In this document: piece by piece, positions 56,255 to 64,000 of the stretch | Layout of the letters: each line of letters opens with the position of its first letter | How positions within the stretch are numbered: position 1 is the first letter of the stretch | Assembly: GCA_964016885.1 (NCBI GenBank) | Contig: OZ024749.1 | Location: 15,934,001-15,998,000, forward strand | Source: Eledone cirrhosa | Lineage: Eukaryota | Reading direction: 5' to 3' | Length of the DNA stretch: 64,000 nucleotides | The notes under the pieces: generated by a model | What the model was told of the DNA's origin: nothing | Seen by the model: the letters and a program-made list of their open reading frames with translations, nothing else | Database searches by the model: none | Made by a program: the position numbers and the translations under genes

Positions 56255-56550
56255 TATATATATATATAAACATATAATAAAAAGGGAGATCTGAACTTTC
56301 CTCTCTAAATATGTATGTAAAAACTAAAAGTTTTTCTTCCCCTTTTTATTATACGTATAGATATGCAACTTAACTGCATTTTGCGCATCCGCAGAGGAAA
56401 AAGCATATAATGCCCACTTTATAAATAAATGTTTTGATATTATACTGAAAATATCTCCAGCATTTTCTACAGAAATATTTATTTTTTCCTTTTTACTATT
56501 TGTTTATATATATCTACTCATGTGTTACTTTTCTACATTCCATATATATA

Positions 56551-57703
56551 CATCCTGATGCTGAGGAGGATATTAGAGGGAGCTAGAGCAAAGTGCCTTC
56601 CTGCGGTCATGGTTTTCATTGACTTTAGGAAGGCCTTTGATTCTGTGGACCGTTACTGCCTGATGAAGATCTTACAGGCTTATGGAATCCCCAAGAGGAT
56701 AGTGGACCTGATATCACTGCTCTACACCAACACCAAAGCCCAAGCCATTACACCTGATGGGATGACAGAGTTCTTTGAGATACTGGCTGGAGTGCTCCAG
56801 GGAGATACATTGGCTCCCTACCTTTTTATCATTGTAGTGGACTATTGTATGCGCCTTGCACTGGAGAAACACTAGGACTCTGGCTTTACTGTGGCACTGG
56901 CTCAGAGCAGGAGAGTTAGGGCGAAAAAGGTATCGGATGCTGAATTTGCCGACGACATAGTTTTGGTGACAAATACAGTGAAGGAGGCAGAGGATTTGAT
57001 GCGGGAGGTTGAGACTGTGTCGATGAGTGTGGGGCCGAGAATGAATGAGACTAAAACAAAATATCTGGTAGAGAATGTTGAGAAGCCAGAGGGGATCACT
57101 AATGTAGGCGGGAGGCCGCTGGAATTGGTTGAGGACTTCCTGCATTTGGGAGCAAAGATTGGGAATACGGAAGATGATGTGGTTGAGAGGAAGAGCAAGA
57201 CCTGGGCGGCGTGCCACAGCTTGAGATCGGTGTGGAAGTCGGACCTTCGTAGAGACCTGAAAATCCGCCTCTTCATTGCTGTAGTGGAGTCTGTGCTGCT
57301 GTATGGGTCTGAGACTTGGACACTGACCAAGAAACTCACTCAGATGGTGGATGGGTGCTACACGAGAATGCTGAGGATGGCTCTGAACATTAATCAGTAT
57401 ACACTGAGGATGAAAAACTCAGAGCTGTATGGGAGCATCCCAAAAGTCAGCTCAAAAGTGACACAGAGGAGACTGAGGTTAGCTGGACATGCTCACCGAC
57501 ATCCAGAGTTGACATTGCACTCAGTGCTCCTGTGGGAGCCCCTACATGGACACACTAGAAGTGGAAGACCAAGGTTAACGTATGTTGATGCCCTAAGGAC
57601 AGACACTGGTCTGTTGGAGATGCAGGACATGGCAGCGATAATGAGGGACAGAGACCGCTGGAGAGAACTCGTCCATGGATCTCAGGAATTTTACCCGCCT
57701 TAG
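56551..57703 (+). mobile_element. 5'-truncated RTE-like LINE (RT and C-terminus), one premature stop
   Basis: FIDFRKAFDSV, GVLQGDTLAPYLF, FADD, SVLLYGSETW, RRLRLAGH, GRPR motifs. TAG at 56873 separates two ORFs in the same frame; TA flanks. Confidence 0.9.
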
Positions 57704-57827
57704 ATATATATATATATATATATGGGGAATGTAACGTCCAGTTACTATAGGTTCATCAGAGTGAGCACTCGAGGCATAGTTTGCAATAGGTATAGAGGTG
57801 TAGAACTAAGCAGGATGTAATAATAAT

Positions 57828-58365
57828 AATTGTTTCTACTTTAGGCACAAGGCCAGCAATTATCCAGTACATTACTGGTACTTTATTTTATCAACCTCGT
57901 AAGGACGAAAGGCAAAGTTAACCTCGGCGAGATTTGAACTCGACGATTTGTTATGTCTTCATTACGTTTATTGAGTAGTGACGCGCGTTTCGTTATTGAT
58001 CAGCTCAAGGTTCGATCTGTATCGATCAGCAGAGGTCCGACGAGATTTTGATTCCAGGGTCGGGCTAGATTGATACAGAGTGAACCTTGAGCTGATCAAT
58101 AGCGAAACGCGCGTCACTACTCAATAAACTTAATGAAGACATAGCAAATCGTCCTTATTATTATAATTGTTTCCATTTTTGGCACAAGGCCAGCAATTAC
58201 CCAGTACATTACTGGTACTTTATTTACCCAGTACATTACTGGTACCCCGCAAGGATGAAAGGCAAAGTTAACCTCGGAGTGATTTGAACTCAGATCATAA
58301 AGGGACGTAAATCAATGCTTCAAAGCATGGTGTCCGACTCTCTACCGATACTGCCAGTCCACCGT
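57828..58365 (-). mobile_element. Two SINE copies flanking a fold-back element
   Basis: 57828-57941 is truncated at box B; 58165-58365 carries an internal short duplication. Confidence 0.78.
57942..58153. repeat. Fold-back element with hammerhead 3' half
   Basis: About 85-bp arms; the right arm has GAAA CGCGCG UC followed by aataaa. Confidence 0.8.
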
Positions 58366-58391
58366 CCTTATTATTATAATGTGTGTGTGTG

Positions 58392-58596
<205 letters not shown>

Positions 58597-58939
58597 ATAC
58601 TTTGGGAGGGTCATGTTGCCAATAAGTATAACAATATCGGTTTCAACACACGATTTCAGATAAAGAATCTTGCTAAACAAATTCAGAAACGATATATATA
58701 TATATATATATATATATTCCGATATCTTCTCTCTCTCTCCGAACTATCCATTTATCTATTTCCTGAAGAAGAACTTGTGTCCGAAGCGCTAAGAGTGATA
58801 CTAATAAGACTATGATTTTGCATGTGTTTTGTGCTCTCATTTCTTTAACTATATATATAATATCTTATACAAAATCACAGACGGGGTAGATTACCTGTAA
58901 AGTGGTCTAAAACAAGAAAACCTCACAAGCATTTTACAT

Positions 58940-59262
58940 GCAGAGACTATATATGATGTCGACTACTTACTCTGCTCATACAGAGACTATATATGATGTG
59001 TATGATGCGGACTACTTTCTATGCTCATGTATACTATATATGATGTATATACAGCGGACTACTTTCTCTGCTAATACAGAGACTATATATGATGTATAAG
59101 CAGCGGACTACTTTCTCTGCTAATACAGAGACTATATATGATGTATATGCAGCAGACTACTTTCTCTGCTCATGTACACTATATATGATGTGCGTGATAT
59201 GGACTACTTTCTCTGGTCATACAGAGTCTATATAAGATGTATTAAGTGGACTACTTACTCTG
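58940..59262. repeat. ~48-bp minisatellite, 7 copies, overlapping the exon 1 splice donor
   Basis: gactact(t)(t/a)ctctg recurs at 58961, 59010, 59057, 59106, 59155, 59202 and 59249. Confidence 0.85.
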
Positions 59263-59382
59263 AACAAACATCGGTTCCTTCAAAATAATCCATCCATAAC
59301 CATAGACTGTATCTCCAGCATAGTAAGTGGCTGTTGGATTATTGAAGATGATCTGGAACTTCTCCAGGCGCTCCATTACCAT
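59259..59382 (-). CDS. Alpha-arrestin (ARRDC-like) gene, first coding exon
   Basis: Encodes MVMERLEKFQIIFNNPTATYYAGDTVYGYGWIILKEPMFVQ, matching the arrestin-N start (Y..GD.V.G). Acceptor ttttacag puts the exon start at 59392, ATG at 59382. Donor a|gtaagt at 59258, phase 1, joins the next exon in frame. Confidence 0.88.
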
Positions 59383-59398
59383 TTGAATTGAGCTGTAA

Positions 59399-59448
<50 letters not shown>

Positions 59449-59449
<1 letters not shown>

Positions 59450-60457
59450 TTCAGAAGTCCCATTTACTGCTGAAATGGAAAACACAGAAAAAGCAAAGCA
59501 GGTAAACGTAACTGCAAAGAAAGAACTGCTACAGAAACTGGCTAAGAAATGGCAAGAAAAGCCTCTGTATGGAAAATACCCAGAGCGAGCTAACAATCCT
59601 GATGTTGACAAAACTTTAACCCATCAGTGGTTGGCATCCTCTGGACTGAAATCGGAGACTGAAGGACTGATTATATCAGCACAAGATCAGTGTCTGCCAA
59701 CAAAAAATTACCAAGCCAACATGATAAGAAATGGATGCAGCCCATTATGCCGTGTATGCAAAAAACAACCAGAGACCATTGACCATATAATTTCAATGTG
59801 CAGTCCTATAGCTCCAACCGAATACCTAAACAGGCATGACAGAGCTGCACAATACATACATTGGATAATGTGTAAGCATTTTGACCTGCCCCATCAAAAG
59901 AATTGGTGGGAGCATCAACCACCTCCCATACTTGAAAAAGATCACATCTCAATCTTGTGGAAATTTAGCATCCAAACAGACCGAAAAATAGATGCAAATA
60001 AACCTGATATAATATTGAAGGACTTTAAAAAGAGGGTATGCCTGCTAATTGATATGTCTGTTCCAATAGACAAGAATGTATCTATAAAAACATTTGAAAA
60101 ATTGAGCAAGTATAAGGACCTGGAGATAGAAATTGGAAAAATGTGGAAATTGAGAACTAAAACAATACCAGTGGTTGTAGGCGCTCTGGGAATGATACCT
60201 AAGGGGTCTAATGATTACTTATCGCAAATCCCAGGAAACCCGCGTATAGGAGAAATACAAAAGATAGTACTAATGGGAACTGCCCATATACTAAGGAAGA
60301 TTCTGTCAATATAAGTACATCACAAGTCTAAACACTAAAGATGCATGTGTGAGTATGTATGTTCTTTCTTGAACATGGCGGACCTTGTTGTCTTTTGAGG
60401 TCACTGGTTGTGACTTGGTGATAACTCGTATGAACATAAAGCAAGATAAATGCAACT

Positions 60458-60459
<2 letters not shown>
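59449..60459 (+). mobile_element. 5'-truncated R4/Dong-like LINE (CCHC plus restriction-like endonuclease) in (TAA)n
   Basis: ETEG..AQDQ, CRVC..ETIDHIISMC, RHD, KPDI..D, EK..KYKDL motifs, open to the stop at 60314; (TAA)n on both sides. Confidence 0.9.
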
Positions 60460-60490
<31 letters not shown>

Positions 60491-60513
60491 TTAATAATAA
60501 TAATAATAATAAT

Positions 60514-61558
60514 AATTGTTTCTACTTTTGGCACAAGGCCAGCAATTCCTCAGTGCATTACTGGTACTTTATTCTATCGACCCCGGAAGGATGAAAGGCA
60601 AAGTTAACCTCGGCGGGATTTGAAATAATAATAATAATAATGATTTCTTTATTGGCCACAAGGGCTGACAAACTTTCCAGTTAAACAACATCAATGACTG
60701 AGACTCAAAGAACAATAATAATAATAATAATAATTTGGTCCGCCATCTTGACTAAACCAGGAATGAAGATCAGCCTCCTTTTCATCGTTATTCGAACTAT
60801 TTAGATTCAACATTTAAACACTCATATAGAGGATTAGTGAATTTAAGGTTTCAACAACGCCAGTGTTTTTAGCGTGACACCATTACGTTAACAAAAAAAA
60901 AAAGAAAAAATTAAGTTTCGGGACAATTTATGTGACATTTATGTATTATTATTTTTGGGTGAATTGGCAGTATCGGTAGAGGGTTGGACGCCATGCTTTC
61001 TAGCATAGTTACGTCCCTTTACAGTCTGAGTTCAAATCCCGTCGAGGTTAACTTTGCCTTTCATCCTTATGGGGTCGATAAAATAAAGTACCAGTAATGT
61101 ACTGGGTATTTGCTGGCCTTGTGCCTAAAGTAGAAACAATTAATTTTGGGCTGTCTTTAATGTTTTCTTAATGTGAGACTCCAACAATAATTGTTTCTAC
61201 TTTTGGCACAAGGCCAGAAATTACACAGTGCATTACTGGTACTTTATTTTATCGAACCCGTAAGGATGAAATACAAAGTTAACGTCGGCGGGATTTGAAC
61301 TCAGAATGGCAAGGGCCATAATTCTATGCGTCAAAGCATGGCGTCCGACCCTCTACCGATACTGCCAATCCACCGCCTTCAATAATAATAATAATGTTTC
61401 TGATTTTGGTACAAGGCCAGCAATTATCCCAGTGCATTACTGGTGCTTTATAGGATGAAAGGCAAAGCTAACCTCGGCTGGATTTGAACATAAAACGTAA
61501 AGGGCCGAAACAATCTGCTACGAAGCATGTTGTACACTGCTTTACCGATACTGCCAAT
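60514..61558. mobile_element. Cluster of four SINE copies in both orientations (60514-60624 -, 60960-61140 +, 61190-61380 -, 61396-61558 -)
   Basis: Family consensus motifs. Confidence 0.8.
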
Positions 61559-61789
61559 TGGAATGTTACAGAAGCGCTGTTTACTTGGAAGGGTGAGGAT
61601 AATACGAAAGGTATTAGATATAAACGGAAAAGAAGGAAACAACATCATGACATCTAAGAACACTGGATTTAGTCCGCCATCTTGACTAAACCAGGGATTA
61701 AGATCAATCCTGAGGGAGGACAGAAACAAAATTAGGGCCAACATCAGAATGACAATTGGTCTACTGGTTTACTGGTAGTGAATGGGAGA

Positions 61790-64000
61790 GAGAGAGAAAT
61801 GTGAATGGGATACAGAGTAATGTGAATGGGGGACAGTAATCTGAATGGGAGAGAGTAATGTGAATGGGAGAGAGTAATGTGAATGTGATAGGATAATGTG
61901 AAAGTAAGAAAGTAATGTGAAAGTAACTGGGTAATGTGAAAGTAACAGGGTAATGTGAAAGTAAGAAGGTAATGTGAAAGTAAGAAGGTAATGTGAAAGT
62001 AACTGGGTAATGTGAAAGTAAGAAGGTAATGTGAAAGTAAGAAGGTAATGTGAAAGAAAGAGGGTAATGTGAAAGTAACTGGGTAATGTGAAAGTAAGAA
62101 GGTAATGTGAAAGTAAGAAGGTAATGTGAAAGTAAGAAGGTAATGTGAAAGTAACTGGGTAATGTGAAAGTAACAGGGTAATGTGAAAGTAAGAAGGTAA
62201 TGTGAAAGTAACTGGGTAATGTGAAAGTAACTGGGTAATGTGAAAGTAAGAAGGTAATGTGAAAGTAAGAAGGTAATGTGAAAGTAACTGGGTGATGTGA
62301 AAGTAAGAAGGTAATGTGAAAGTAAGAAGGTAATGTGAAAGAAAGAGGGTAATGTGAAAGAAAGAGGGTAATGTGAAAGTAACTGGGTAATGTGAAAGTA
62401 AGAAGGTAATGTGAAAGTAAGAAGGTAATGTGAAAGTAACTGGGTAATGTGAAAGTAAGAAGGTAATGTGAAAGTAACTGGGTAATGTGAAAGTAAGAAG
62501 GTAATGTGAAAGTAAGAGGGTAATGTGAAAGTAACTGGGTAATGTGAAAGTAAGAAGGTAATGTGAAAGTAACTGGGTAATGTGAAAGTAAGAAGGTAAT
62601 GTGAAAGTAAGAAGGTAATGTGAAAGTAACTGGGCAATGTGAAAGTAAGAAGGTAATGTGAAAGTAACTGGGTAATGTGAAAGTAAGAAGGTAATGTGAA
62701 AGTAACTGGGTAATGTGAAAGTAAGAAGGTAATGTGAAAGTAACTGGGTAATGTGAAAGTAAGAAGGTAATGTGAAAGTAACTGGGTAATGTTAAAGTAA
62801 GAAGGTAATGTGAAAGTAACTGGGTAATGTGAAAGTAAGAAGGTAATGTTAAAGTAACTGGGTAATGTGAAAGTTAGAAGGTAATGTGAAAGTAACTGGG
62901 TAATGTGAAAGTAAGAAGGTAATGTGAAAGTAACTGGGTAATGTGAAAGTAAGAAGGTAATGTGAAAGTAACTGGGTAATGTGAAAGTAAGAAGGTAATG
63001 TGAAAGTAAGAAGGTAATGTGAAAGTAACTGGGTAATGTGAAAGTAACTGGGTAATGTGAAAGTATCTGGGTAATGTGAAAGTAAGAAGGTAATGTGAAA
63101 GTAAGAATGTAATGTGAAAGTAACTGGGTAATGTGAAAGTAAGAAGGTAATGTGAAAGCAACTGGGTAATGTGAAAGTAAGAAGGTAATGTGAAAGTAAC
63201 AGGGTAATGTGAAAGTAAGATGTAATGTGAAAGTAACTGGGTAATGTGAAAGTAAGAAGGTAATGTGAAAGTAACTGGGTAATGTGAAAGTAAGAAGGTA
63301 ATGTGAAAGTAACAAGGTAATGTGAAAGTAAGAAGGTAATGTGAAAGTAACTGGGTAATGTGAAAGTAAGAAGGTAATGTGAAAGTAAGAAGGTAATGTG
63401 AAAGTAAGAAGGTAATGTGAAAGTAACTGGGTTATGTGAAAGTTAGAAGGTAATGTGAAAGTAACTGGGTAATGTGAAAGTAAGAAGGTAATGTGAAAGT
63501 AACTGGGTAATGTGAAAGTAACAGGGTAATGTGAAAGTAAGAAGGTAATGTGAAAGTAACTGGGTAATGTGAAAGTAACAGGGTAATGTGAAAGTAAGAA
63601 GGTAATGTGAAAGTAACTGGGTAATGTGAAAGTAACTGGGTAATGTGAAAGTAAGAAGGTAATGTGAAAGTAAGAAGGTAATGTGAAAGTAAGAAGGTAA
63701 TGTGAAAGTAAGAAGGTAATGTGAAAGTAACTGGGTAATGTGAAAGTAACAGGGTAATGTGAAAGTAAGAAGGTAATGTGAAAGTAACTGGGTAATGTGA
63801 AAGTAACTGGGTAATGTGAAAGTAAGAAGGTAATGTGAAAGTAAGAAGGTAATGTGAAAGTAAGAAGGTAATGTGAAAGTAAGAAGGTAATGTGAAAGTA
63901 ACTGGGTAATGTGAAAGTAACTGGGTAATGTGAAAGTAAGAAGGTAATGTGAAAGTAACTGGGTAATGTGAAAGTAAGAAGGTAATTTGAAAGTAAGAAG
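61790..64000. repeat. 19-bp satellite gtaatgtgaaagtaa(gaag/ctgg), running off the window end
   Basis: Direct reading; two main variants interspersed, with a diverged left edge. Confidence 0.97.

Overview
Eukaryotic, AT-rich and microsatellite-dense genomic DNA. The repeat content resembles an octopus/cephalopod genome, but that is inference. One host gene is supported: an alpha-arrestin (ARRDC-like) gene on the minus strand. Four phase-compatible coding exons (59382-59259, 28270-28160, 26498-26275, 21926-21744) splice to 214 aa of arrestin N and partial C domain. The first intron is about 31 kb and the 3' exons were not found, so most of the window is probably intronic. The introns hold a near full-length Tx1/L1 LINE, RTE-like and R4/Dong-like LINE fragments, non-autonomous Helitrons (one head-to-tail trimer), mariner and hAT MITEs, many tRNA-derived SINEs and several satellites. 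The most striking signal is a dense, multi-family set of short fold-back elements, mostly in (TA)n tracts. They carry minimal hammerhead-ribozyme motifs (CUGAUGA...GAAA, palindromic stem III) with 3' ends pointing outward, as in Penelope-like elements and retrozymes. Other notable structures are a 45-bp satellite made from a SINE promoter head and a minisatellite built from the gene's own splice donor. Most long ORFs in the track are artefacts of simple repeats.
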